From an uncultured Candidatus Saccharibacteria bacterium (lineage in GTDB: Bacteria > Patescibacteriota > Andersenbacteria > UBA10190): a DNA stretch of 64,000 bases. This document shows, piece after piece, positions 26,772 through 35,808 of this stretch. The stretch's first letter is position 1, and every line of letters begins with the position of its first letter. The notes under the pieces were generated by a model. It ran no database searches. It was not told where the DNA came from and saw only the letters and a list, made by a program, of their open reading frames with translations. The position numbers and the translations under genes were made by a program. The stretch spans positions 1,457 through 65,456 of the forward strand of contig CAYHTZ010000001.1 in assembly GCA_964359735.1 (NCBI GenBank), given 5' to 3'.

Positions 26772-28689
26772 TAGCATCACCCGGGGCAGATGTAGGGCTC
26801 TCCAAAAAAATGTAGTACGTTTTTCCCGCGGAATCTACGATCGGCTCGAACTCAAAGCGGTGGTAGAAGCTGTCCTGAACATCACTAGCATTCACCCGCA
26901 CTGTCCGTACATCCTGTTGCGAAGCAACAAGCCCTGAGCCTGCTTGCAGTGAGCCCGTCGAAGGGCCAACCACTTCACGCACATGCATAATGACATCCTG
27001 CGTGTTATGGCGGCTGCTGAACGTGGCCATGCCGACCTCGATAGCATGCCACCCATTTGTAAGTATCGGCACAAGTTGTCCAACAGTTGCCCCGCCATAT
27101 AACTCACCCACGTGGTTAGGAAAATAGTGCAGCCCACGCGTGTCGTAGACCCATACATACGGCACCCCTTGTATCTCCACCACGTGCGCTACTTTCTCAT
27201 TCTGGAATTCCTCCCATACCTCTGTCGCTGAATTTGCCGGCCCTCTTCCCAGCATGTTTCGATAGAGCACCACAAATCCTACTCGCTCATCAGCCCGTGA
27301 GCTTAAGCCCAACGTTTTTCCTTGAAAATACGCTCGCATGACCCCCGGATACCAGGAAGCTACAAACAACTCCTCCACACTTGGCTGTCTATTAAGCCAA
27401 GCGGCCGCTTCCTCCAAACCCTCTCCCCACCCTTGCTGCGACAGCGGGCGCACATCAAAAAATGGGTTGTTATAGGCAATGCTGTGGGGAATCCAAATAA
27501 AAAGCTGGGCCGCAATTAAAATAGCTATCAGAGACAGGCCTGCCCCGCGAAGCTTTAGCGAAGTGGGGACCCATCCAGAAGCGGTAAATGCAATAGCCAA
27601 CGCCCACCCTGCCACCACTGGCAACACCACCAACCCCGGCAACGCATACCGATCCGCTTTCTTCGCAGCGATCGTTATAAAAATCAAGAATCCTAAAGCA
27701 TAAACAATTAACCAAATGACATTAGAAGCCTGTGGAGACACCGTAGAGCGAAGATCCCGCGAAGCTTTAGCGAAGTGGGATCGCAGCAGAGTCATTGCAC
27801 AAGCAATTAGCGCTCCCGCGCCCAAAATCAATACAAACGGCGTTGTTCTCCCCAGAATCGTACGCACATAGAAGCTAGCGGGGGAAGTCGGCTCTTCTGA
27901 CTCTTCCAATACCACGTGAGTATCCTGAATAACGTAAGGGACTTCACGGCGGAAGTATTTCTCAAGGTCGGCGTAAAACCATAATGCCGGCCATAGGATA
28001 TAGAAAACCAGCGCCGCTATACCTAAGGTGAACCCTAGTCGCCGTACCACCTCCCCTACCCGGGTGCGATAGTCCCAAAGCAGGACCGCAGCGAAGAAGA
28101 GCACTACCCACGCCGTTGGTAAAAATTTCGTCGCCATCGCCAGCCCCAGGAAAACTCCTGCGGCAGCTAACCCTACAAAACCCCCTGCCCGGCGATAGAG
28201 GAGAAAACACAACGCTGCATTCAGCATAAATAGCGCCAGCAGCGCATCCAAGTGCACAATCTGGCTCATACCCACGCCATACGGCTCAAGCGCGAGCAAA
28301 ACTCCGGCAACCACGCCCGGCCACACGCCAAAGAGGCGTTGCAACAGCCAAGTGGCAGCACCAATCAGCCCAGCCACCACTAATACAATCGGCCAGAGTG
28401 CGGCTCGACGGAACTGCACCAAATTCGCTGGCTCCTGAGTAACTCCTAAGCGCTGCTCTTGCAGCATGATTCCCGCGCCAGCTATCCACATAGCCGTGGC
28501 CCCAGGGTGAGTCGTCATAAACGCTCCCCCGGGATCGTGGTCAATGAAGAGGTTGCGATAGAGTCCGGCGCTGCGCAGCATCCAATTTTCCTCATCCACC
28601 GTCATGAAACTGCCCAGCCCGGGCAGGCGCGCTCCTAGGGCAATGATGCCTACTCCAAGAGCAGCCCAAAATACTTTTGATATCCGCAT
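26671..28689 (-). CDS. GT39/ArnT/PMT-like GT-C glycosyltransferase with C-terminal soluble domain; carries two family B insertions
   Basis: HPGATAMW...SQIVHLDALL...QQGWGEGLEEAAAW; C-terminal domain has FYHRFEFEPIVDSAGKTYYIFL. Confidence 0.7.
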   Translation of the reverse strand: MRISKVFWAALGVGIIALGARLPGLGSFMTVDEENWMLRSAGLYRNLFIDHDPGGAFMTTHPGATAMWIAGAGIMLQEQRLGVTQEPANLVQFRRAALWPIVLVVAGLIGAATWLLQRLFGVWPGVVAGVLLALEPYGVGMSQIVHLDALLALFMLNAALCFLLYRRAGGFVGLAAAGVFLGLAMATKFLPTAWVVLFFAAVLLWDYRTRVGEVVRRLGFTLGIAALVFYILWPALWFYADLEKYFRREVPYVIQDTHVVLEESEEPTSPASFYVRTILGRTTPFVLILGAGALIACAMTLLRSHFAKASRDLRSTVSPQASNVIWLIVYALGFLIFITIAAKKADRYALPGLVVLPVVAGWALAIAFTASGWVPTSLKLRGAGLSLIAILIAAQLFIWIPHSIAYNNPFFDVRPLSQQGWGEGLEEAAAWLNRQPSVEELFVASWYPGVMRAYFQGKTLGLSSRADERVGFVVLYRNMLGRGPANSATEVWEEFQNEKVAHVVEIQGVPYVWVYDTRGLHYFPNHVGELYGGATVGQLVPILTNGWHAIEVGMATFSSRHNTQDVIMHVREVVGPSTGSLQAGSGLVASQQDVRTVRVNASDVQDSFYHRFEFEPIVDSAGKTYYIFLESPTSAPGDAITVRFANSDLAAGEMVKNGTSLPGRDVAYRLPK
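27539..27568. repeat. Family B palindromic element, copy 1 (encodes PTSLKLRGAG in the host frame)
   Basis: cctgccccgcgaagctttagcgaagtgggg. Confidence 0.8.
27753..27782. repeat. Family B element, copy 2 (encodes HFAKASRDLRS); perfect 6-bp TIR gatccc/gggatc
   Basis: gatcccgcgaagctttagcgaagtgggatc. Confidence 0.8.
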
Positions 28690-29486
28690 CTACCCTGTAT
28701 GATGGGCGCATGTTTCGCCAATGTAAAATTTGTGGAGGAGCGGTTACTCCTCGGCATACGGTAAGCAGCATTACCTACTATCACTGCTCCAGCTGCGATT
28801 TTCTACAGAATTATCATTGGGAGGACCATCACTTCTCCGCCCCGGAACAAGCAGTGGCCAACGATGAAGCCCGGGCCGACCGCTGGCCGGCCGGGAAAAA
28901 GAAAGATATGTATGAAGCCGGCTGGCGCATGCTGGAGCTTCTCACGTCCCCTATCGCCTGGGGCTCTCGGAAGGTTCACAACGTCTTTAAAATAATCCCC
29001 GGATACACTCATCTCACCCGCACCCTCGCCAAACGTCGCCTAAAGCGCGTTCTCGATTTCGGCTGCGGCCACGGCGTCAGCGTACTGGAAATACGCAATC
29101 GCGACGGTATCGACATTATCGGCCTAGACCCCTACAGCCCCACAGCTAGCCCCCACATCGTGCGCAAACCCATTCATGACGCTAACCTCGAACCTGAGTC
29201 TCTTGATGCTATTATCTCTGTGGAAACAATGGAGCACATCTCCGATGTCCTCCCCACATTCCGGGCTCTCCACCGCATACTTCGCCCCGGCGCTGCACTT
29301 TTGATACAAACTCACCGCCTGGAAGACCCCGGGTACATTCGCGACCAAGACAAATGGTTTTACCTAAAAGACCCCAAAACTCACGTCAGTATTTACAGTG
29401 ACCGCGCTCTAGACGAGATCGCCAAGAGAACCGGATTTAGCCGAGCCGAAACCCGCGACATCCGCACCGCCCGCCTTTGGAAATAA
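28677..29486 (+). CDS. Class I SAM-dependent methyltransferase with N-terminal zinc ribbon
   Basis: CKICGG...CSSCDF; VLDFGCGHGV; DAIISVETMEHI. Confidence 0.65.
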   Translation: MISASTLYDGRMFRQCKICGGAVTPRHTVSSITYYHCSSCDFLQNYHWEDHHFSAPEQAVANDEARADRWPAGKKKDMYEAGWRMLELLTSPIAWGSRKVHNVFKIIPGYTHLTRTLAKRRLKRVLDFGCGHGVSVLEIRNRDGIDIIGLDPYSPTASPHIVRKPIHDANLEPESLDAIISVETMEHISDVLPTFRALHRILRPGAALLIQTHRLEDPGYIRDQDKWFYLKDPKTHVSIYSDRALDEIAKRTGFSRAETRDIRTARLWK

Positions 29487-29492
29487 ACCCAA

Positions 29493-30017
29493 CTAGGCCA
29501 GTGTTGGATATATGCCTGGCGGTTCCGGCTCACGGAATACCTCTGCTCGTTGGATTAGTTCCGTAGTAGTCGCTTGTACTTGCCCCGAACGCTCTAACGC
29601 TTGTATCTCCGAAAGTGTTTTCCACTCTGCTCTAACATGGCCCCCACGAGCCACTACATCAGGCTTTTGCCCCGGAGGAAACTCCACAATCAGAATATCA
29701 ATAGAGCGGTCAACAAATTTAGTTTCATCACGCGGATCAGGCAATCTTCGAAAGACATGGCCACCGCGGCGAAGGTCGTCCTGCCCCACAAGAATCCCTG
29801 TCTCTTCCTCTAATTCACGTGCCGCAGCTTTCCAGGCCAGATCCCCGTCCTCTTCTTCAACCTTACCTCCTGGCAGATTTAATTGATTCGCCCAACGTTT
29901 GCCTGGCGCTCTCTCGAGCAGCAAGTATTCATCCCCGCATTTCACAACAATAACCACAAATGGTCGCACGCCATCCCGCCCGAAATCTGGAATGTCCGCG
30001 GCCTTATTCGTTAACAT
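29493..30017 (-). CDS. NUDIX hydrolase
   Basis: NUDIX box GGKVEEEDGDLAWKAAARELEEETGI. Confidence 0.7.
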   Translation of the reverse strand: MLTNKAADIPDFGRDGVRPFVVIVVKCGDEYLLLERAPGKRWANQLNLPGGKVEEEDGDLAWKAAARELEEETGILVGQDDLRRGGHVFRRLPDPRDETKFVDRSIDILIVEFPPGQKPDVVARGGHVRAEWKTLSEIQALERSGQVQATTTELIQRAEVFREPEPPGIYPTLA

Positions 30018-30027
30018 CCCTCTTCTT

Positions 30028-32682
30028 CTACCGCACCCGCCGGTAAAAGGTCAATGGGTTTGAGCCGTTCTCAACTTCGTGTACCTTCACGAAATCTCTA
30101 GGTAAACCTTGCTCTAAATCGGCGTACTCCACGAAGAAAGAAAATTGGGTTTGCGACTCGTGCAATACCCACTTCGCATCTTTGAATGCTTGTACCATTT
30201 CCTCCGCCGGGGGCAAGAAGGTGTTGAGGCGCTCAGTATCTTTCCTCGTGAACTCATACGCGTACCAACGCGGGTGGGCAATGTCAAGCGACACCGCGTG
30301 CCCTGAAACATACGGAACAAGAGCAGCGCCAGTGAAAACGGGGTCGTCAGGCGGAACATGTTCTTTGGCCCACTGGGCAGCTTCATTAATCGAGCTTTGG
30401 CCAAACGTACCGGTGTGCTCAAACAAGAACGTAATGTAACTTCCCGTATACAGCGCCCAGAACATCACTGCGACCGCGCCAGCCACCACTAGTTTCCGCA
30501 GCACTGCGATCGGCGGGTAATCGCTAGAAAGGAACAAGGGCGCCCGTAAGCGGTCAAAGAGGTACATCACCCCGGGAGCCGCCAATAAAATAAGCGGGGG
30601 AATAAACTCGGCTATATAATTGGCATGGAATTTAATCCAGTTCGTATAGAACACCACAAGTCCCAACATCCACAGCGGCCCCACGAGCGCTGCAGTAACC
30701 TTTGGTAGGAAATCTTTCTGCTTGCTACTTGATATCTGATACTTACTACTAGACATTGGTTGCGTGCTCTTCGGAACTACTGGCGGCTCTTCGAGAAGGC
30801 GAAGCGCATCTTCTTGCTGCCGCGGCATGAGCGCAACCAGCAAAACTCCCAACCCCATCACCCACCACAGCGTGGGAATACCGAGAATACGAAAGGCCTC
30901 GCCTTCATATTCGTTAAAGAATCCCCACGCCCAGCCGAACACTAACAGAGCAGGCACCCAACCCAGCTTTGGCACGTAATGATCCAGGAAGCGAATAGTT
31001 ACGCGAGAGAGGCTGTCCCGCGTAGCCTTGGCGAAGTGGGACAGCCATTCTATGCCAGCGCGTATCGCCCGCTCGCAGGCAATGCCAAACCCTAACAGTC
31101 CAAACCAAATGAGCGCTAACGACTCGCGGAAAAAGGGTGTCATCCCCCGCAGAGAATACGCGCGTATTAATCCGGCATCTTCTTCTGCCACGTTGATCCC
31201 GTCTTCGGCTGAGTTAGCGCCTAACGCTTCCCAAACTCCCTCTACCCCATACGTGAGCCAGGCTACTCCCAAGAAGAGACCGATGACTACTGCAAAACTA
31301 ATGCCCACAGTAAAAAATTGCCGCCAAACCTGCCTGCCCCGCGAAGCCTTGGCGAAGTGAGGGCCATAGAGAAGTATGAAAAGTATCGGGACAAGCCCCA
31401 ACGCCAACATGCTCTTCCGCGAGGCCACGGCGAGTCCCAGCAACACCCCAGCGAGCGCAAACCACCAACTCGCGGCCGGCGCCCTTGGCGCAAAAAGAGA
31501 GGCGCGTGGCGTGGTTCCCCTTAGTGCCATCAGAAGCACGGCGAGACCTGAGATGCCCAAAAATATTGCCACCGGCTGCGTGTGCACGTAGATATCGAAA
31601 ACAATCGCGCTGCCGAAGAATGCCCAAGCCGCAGCTGCTACCAGCCCTGTTTTCTTATCAAATAAATCCCGACCTAAGGAGTAGATGGGGAGAAGTGTTA
31701 AGGCACCGATCACAACACTCGAAAGTCTGCCTGCCAAAATGGTATGGCCAAAAATGAATTGCCAAATTGAAATCCACGCTACTACGAGCGGCGCTTTTAC
31801 ATATCCATCCCCACCCGCGAGGTTCCCCTTGAGTAAAGTCCAGGCATCGTATAAATAGTTTCCTTCATCGGTGGTGAGCGGCAGCTCCAATGCGTACCAG
31901 AGACGCATAAAGAACGCGGCTAAGAGAAGTATGGGCAACCATACGGCCAAGCTTAAAGTATGACGGCGAATCAAGCCTACGCAGACGAGAAACAGCACCG
32001 CGGGGAGCGCTAGCCTAGCCCACAACCAATATGTGCTTTTTTTCTCATCCCACGTGCCGATAAACGTCCGCGCGTATCCTTGTGCCTTGGTCCAGACAGC
32101 CTCGCGCGCTGTGACCGTGTGGTACGTTTCAAAAACCACATCAATCGTCGGCTTCCCGGCCGCGGCCAGGGTTGCCGGATCAGTCACCGCCGAGCCTTGA
32201 TCCTTGACTATAAATGCCGAGCCTAAGTGATAAGGGTCTTGGGTATTGAGATCCACCGTCACCGCGTTACCCGGCGTACTCTCCGGCGAAACCAAAAAGA
32301 AGAAGTATGTTTTGCCTTTAGAATCAGGAATTGGATCAAAAGTAAAACGATGGAATTGATTGTCACGAAGCTCGCTGGCTGACACCGACGCCACTCGTAC
32401 ATCTTCTTTTGCCGAAAGCCCCTCGCGTACATGGAGCTTCACAAGCTGCGTGTTGTCTCGATTCGAGTACGTCGCGAACATCACCGAGAGGCCCGATAAA
32501 TCATCTTTCTGTGCTACGAATGTCTGCCCCACCAACACATCGCGCACTATTTCCCCCGCGTTCGTGGTGTATTTCCCAATTTGCGTCTCAACTAATCTCA
32601 CTTTCACAAATTGGCTCGCAATCGTAGCCGCCGCTACCAGAAGTACAATCATCCCCAGCGCAAATTTTGTCGTCGTCTTCAC
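30028..32682 (-). CDS. Large membrane protein: N-terminal soluble beta domain plus GT-C-like polytopic region; carries two family B copies and one family D copy
   Basis: 884 aa; N-terminal domain has NQFHRFTFDPIPDSKGKTYFFFL; more than 12 TM segments. Confidence 0.55.
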   Translation of the reverse strand: MKTTTKFALGMIVLLVAAATIASQFVKVRLVETQIGKYTTNAGEIVRDVLVGQTFVAQKDDLSGLSVMFATYSNRDNTQLVKLHVREGLSAKEDVRVASVSASELRDNQFHRFTFDPIPDSKGKTYFFFLVSPESTPGNAVTVDLNTQDPYHLGSAFIVKDQGSAVTDPATLAAAGKPTIDVVFETYHTVTAREAVWTKAQGYARTFIGTWDEKKSTYWLWARLALPAVLFLVCVGLIRRHTLSLAVWLPILLLAAFFMRLWYALELPLTTDEGNYLYDAWTLLKGNLAGGDGYVKAPLVVAWISIWQFIFGHTILAGRLSSVVIGALTLLPIYSLGRDLFDKKTGLVAAAAWAFFGSAIVFDIYVHTQPVAIFLGISGLAVLLMALRGTTPRASLFAPRAPAASWWFALAGVLLGLAVASRKSMLALGLVPILFILLYGPHFAKASRGRQVWRQFFTVGISFAVVIGLFLGVAWLTYGVEGVWEALGANSAEDGINVAEEDAGLIRAYSLRGMTPFFRESLALIWFGLLGFGIACERAIRAGIEWLSHFAKATRDSLSRVTIRFLDHYVPKLGWVPALLVFGWAWGFFNEYEGEAFRILGIPTLWWVMGLGVLLVALMPRQQEDALRLLEEPPVVPKSTQPMSSSKYQISSSKQKDFLPKVTAALVGPLWMLGLVVFYTNWIKFHANYIAEFIPPLILLAAPGVMYLFDRLRAPLFLSSDYPPIAVLRKLVVAGAVAVMFWALYTGSYITFLFEHTGTFGQSSINEAAQWAKEHVPPDDPVFTGAALVPYVSGHAVSLDIAHPRWYAYEFTRKDTERLNTFLPPAEEMVQAFKDAKWVLHESQTQFSFFVEYADLEQGLPRDFVKVHEVENGSNPLTFYRRVR
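30713..30758. repeat. Family D repeat, in-frame (encodes MSSSKYQISSSKQKD)
   Basis: gcttgctacttgatatctgatacttactactagaca, related to 22262-22336. Confidence 0.55.
31011..31046. repeat. Family B element, copy 3 (encodes SHFAKATRDSLS); 9-bp perfect TIR ggctgtccc/gggacagcc
   Basis: ggctgtcccgcgtagccttggcgaagtgggacagcc. Confidence 0.8.
31333..31365. repeat. Family B element, copy 4 (encodes GPHFAKASRGRQ)
   Basis: cctgccccgcgaagccttggcgaagtgagggcc. Confidence 0.8.
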
Positions 32683-33644
32683 CAGTAATGCTTCCTATAC
32701 TTTTTGTAGTACTCCACCATCTGCCGGATGCCATCTTTCAAAGAAACTCTAGCCTGCCAGCCGGTGAGGGATTCTATCTTAGACGTGTCGGCCACGTAGT
32801 TGCCCGTCTCATTCTTCTCATAATTTTCCGGCCAGGGCACGTGCTTTTTGCTGCCGCTACCTACTTCGGCCAGCACCGCGTCCACCATGTCCACAAACTT
32901 CACGCGCTCGTGCGTGCCAATGTTATAGATTTCACCTGCCTCGCCTTTGCCTGCCAGCTGTAAGAACGCATCGACGATGTCGTCCACGTACATGTAATCC
33001 CGCTCCTGTTGGCCATCGCCAAATATTTGGATTTCTTTATCCTCCATGGCGAGCCGCACAAACCAGCCCACAATAGAGTACTTGCTGTGTTTCATCTGCT
33101 GCCTGGGCCCATACGGGTTAGGAATATGTACTGACACCGTGTGTAAGCCAAATGTGTCCGCGTAGTAACGGTAATATTTTTCTCCGAGAAGTTTATGAAT
33201 CCCGTAAACCGAAAGGGGATTCGTAGGGTGGTCCTCTTTCACTGGTGTCGTCAAAATCTTCCCGTACGCCAAGCGCGAGGAGGAAAACAAAATCTTGGCC
33301 TTCGGGTTATGCTCGCGCATGGCTTCTAGCACATTGAGATGTCCCCGGCCATTGATATCTAAATCCAAAAACGGCTGGTCTTTTGAGTCTATGTAGCTCA
33401 CCTGCGCCGCGAAATTGAAGATTAAGTCTTTTTCCTGAACCAGCTTGTCTATTACCTCTTTGTCGCGAATGTCACCTCTAATAAATTCAACCTTGTCCCG
33501 AATCCCTTCCAAATTAAATTCATTTCCTCCGTAGAGAGGCAACATCGCGTCAAGGACAGTCACGGTATCTCCGCGTGCCACCAAAGCATGAGCAAGATTG
33601 CTGCCTATAAATCCGGCGCCGCCCGTAATGAGAACTTTCGCCAT
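32679..33644 (-). CDS. NAD-dependent epimerase/dehydratase (GalE-like extended SDR)
   Basis: ITGGAGFIGSNL; YGIHKLLGE (YxxxK). Confidence 0.7.
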   Translation of the reverse strand: MAKVLITGGAGFIGSNLAHALVARGDTVTVLDAMLPLYGGNEFNLEGIRDKVEFIRGDIRDKEVIDKLVQEKDLIFNFAAQVSYIDSKDQPFLDLDINGRGHLNVLEAMREHNPKAKILFSSSRLAYGKILTTPVKEDHPTNPLSVYGIHKLLGEKYYRYYADTFGLHTVSVHIPNPYGPRQQMKHSKYSIVGWFVRLAMEDKEIQIFGDGQQERDYMYVDDIVDAFLQLAGKGEAGEIYNIGTHERVKFVDMVDAVLAEVGSGSKKHVPWPENYEKNETGNYVADTSKIESLTGWQARVSLKDGIRQMVEYYKKYRKHYW

Positions 33645-33653
33645 TCCTTTAGC

Positions 33654-34796
33654 TTACGACTTCGCGTACTTCAAGTACAGTTCGTGATACTGCTGCATAA
33701 TGTTGCCCCAATCGTACTTCATAGCCATCTCTCGGCTGACGTTCCCCATTTTTTTGCGCACCTCCACATTGTTAATTAGGGTAGCCAAATCCTGGGCTAG
33801 TTTTTCAGTGTCTTCACCAGGAATCAAGAATCCATTTCCACCTTCTTTGACAATCTCGTTATTACCTCCGACATCACTGGCCACGATGGGGAGCCCTACG
33901 CCCATCGCCTCTAAAATCACCGCTGGCATGCCTTCATAAAGAGAAGTCAGCACAAAAATATCCGCATACTGATACGACTTCTCCAGCTGGTCGTAGGGAA
34001 CTGTACCTACGTACTGGATCAAGTCCGTCACACCACGTTCCTCGGCCATTTGGTCGAGGGTAGTACGAAACGCGCCGCTGCCCACCACTTCCACTACAAA
34101 GGGAACCTTTGCCAGCTCGCGCAAGCGCGGCAGCGCCTTAATCACTCGCTGGAAACCCTTGCGCTCAATCAGGCGGCCGATAAACAATACTTTTACTTTA
34201 GCGTTTGCCGGCCGTTCGATAGGCTTAAAACGCTCAGTCTCTACCCCATTCGGTATCATCAAGAACTCGCTTTCTGGGTCAGCCTTCTTTCCCAACCGCA
34301 CCAGCTCATCTGAACACACCGTCCGAAACTCGGCGCGGCGCCAGATCACGCGCAGGAGTGGAGCAATAATCGGATATAAATTTTTGTAGCGCGAAGGGTT
34401 AGCGCCAGGGATGTCCGAACCGCCAAAATACACCGCGTAGGGAATGCCTCGCAGGTATGAAATGATCCACGCCACCCAACCTGCCGGCAAGGCAAAATAC
34501 GCCTGAATAAAATCCATTTGGTGCTGCAACGTATAGAAGAGTGTATAAACCAATGCGGAGACACCAAACGTTACCAATTCCCACGGCGCGGAGAAATCCT
34601 TAAAGCGACGGATTGCCGGAATACGGATCACCTTCGCTCCTTCCACCGTCTCTGTTTTAGGCAACCCCTTGAAAGAAGAGGTAATGAGCGTCACCTCATG
34701 CCCCGCTTTCACAAGATATCGCAGGGCGTATTTCGTTACCGTTGAACCACCGCCGCCGATCGGCGGGAACTCATTGTTAATCAGCAGCAGCTTCAT
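33654..34796 (-). CDS. GT4 glycosyltransferase
   Basis: N-terminal FPPIGGGGS; C-terminal E-x7-E region LYEGMPAVILEAMGVGLPIVASDVGG. Confidence 0.7.
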   Translation of the reverse strand: MKLLLINNEFPPIGGGGSTVTKYALRYLVKAGHEVTLITSSFKGLPKTETVEGAKVIRIPAIRRFKDFSAPWELVTFGVSALVYTLFYTLQHQMDFIQAYFALPAGWVAWIISYLRGIPYAVYFGGSDIPGANPSRYKNLYPIIAPLLRVIWRRAEFRTVCSDELVRLGKKADPESEFLMIPNGVETERFKPIERPANAKVKVLFIGRLIERKGFQRVIKALPRLRELAKVPFVVEVVGSGAFRTTLDQMAEERGVTDLIQYVGTVPYDQLEKSYQYADIFVLTSLYEGMPAVILEAMGVGLPIVASDVGGNNEIVKEGGNGFLIPGEDTEKLAQDLATLINNVEVRKKMGNVSREMAMKYDWGNIMQQYHELYLKYAKS

Positions 34797-35730
34797 TAAA
34801 CCCCTTCGTTGTCTTAATTGAATATAGTTTCTTTTCCGCGTAGTAGGTGTGCGCCACTACATCCGCCAGCACTCCCGTGAGCAAAAACTGAAACCCCAGC
34901 AGTACCAGCAGCACGGCCAAGAGCGGAGATGACCGCCCTGCCAAGCTAATCACTCTGAGTAGCCACAGGAGCCCCAACATCCCGCCAAGGATGAACCCAA
35001 CCGCGATAAAGGCCGCCCCAATCGCCCCGAAGAAGTGCATCGGGCGGGCCGAATACTGAATCCAAAACTTCACCACCAAAAGATCCAAAAACCCCTTGAG
35101 CTTCTTTTTAATAGAATATTTGGTTTGCCCGCTCTGGCGCGGATGGTGTCGGACGGGAGCCTCTCCCACTTTAAACCCCTTCCAGGCTAGGAGCGCCGTA
35201 ATATACCGATGCATCTCCCCGTACAACTCTAAGTCCTGCAGGGCCTCCCGCCGGTACACTTTGAGGCTGCAACCATGGTCATGAATTTTTTCACCAGTAA
35301 CCCACCGACGTAGTGAATTTCCAATTCTGCTGCCCAACATGAGTAGCTGGTTATCTTTCCGCTTTTGCCGCCAACCGGATACCACGTCGTAGCCTTCTTC
35401 TAATTTGGCGAGCAGCTTAGGAATGTCCTCTGGATCATTCTGCAAATCTGCATCGAGCACGATCACTACCTCTCCCGCGGCGTGGTCAAACCCAGCCGAC
35501 CACCCGGCAGTTTGCCCGAACTTTTTGCGAAATTGGATCAGCTTGACTCGAGGGTCCTGCCCAGCGAGCTGGCTAATAATTTCTCCGGTACGGTCGGTGG
35601 AGCCGTCGTCAACCATGATCAGTTCCCACTCGCCAACGGCATCCATAACTTTCTTCACAGCGTCGTGGAGCGGGCGAACGTTTTCCTCCTCATTATGTGC
35701 GGGGACAACAATCGAATATTTCACTGGCAT
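34777..35730 (-). CDS. GT2 polyprenol-phosphate glycosyltransferase (ArnC/GtrB-like) with C-terminal TM helices
   Basis: YSIVVPAHNEEEN...MVDDGSTDRT...VLDADLQNDPEDIP; two C-terminal TM segments. Confidence 0.7.
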   Translation of the reverse strand: MPVKYSIVVPAHNEEENVRPLHDAVKKVMDAVGEWELIMVDDGSTDRTGEIISQLAGQDPRVKLIQFRKKFGQTAGWSAGFDHAAGEVVIVLDADLQNDPEDIPKLLAKLEEGYDVVSGWRQKRKDNQLLMLGSRIGNSLRRWVTGEKIHDHGCSLKVYRREALQDLELYGEMHRYITALLAWKGFKVGEAPVRHHPRQSGQTKYSIKKKLKGFLDLLVVKFWIQYSARPMHFFGAIGAAFIAVGFILGGMLGLLWLLRVISLAGRSSPLLAVLLVLLGFQFLLTGVLADVVAHTYYAEKKLYSIKTTKGFNEAAAD

Positions 35731-35808
35731 AGACTTTAGTATAGGCTACGAAAACCAAATAATATGGAAAAATAGCGAAAAGTCAACCTTCCACTACCTG
35801 GTCAATCC

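Noticed and set aside
31298-31627. Track ORFs containing LRQGFAGQAG / HRGFAGQASKP peptides (31298..31627, 37236..37616) that look like a conserved motif
   Set aside because: These are alternative-frame readings of the family B nucleotide repeat within shadow ORFs, not independent proteins.
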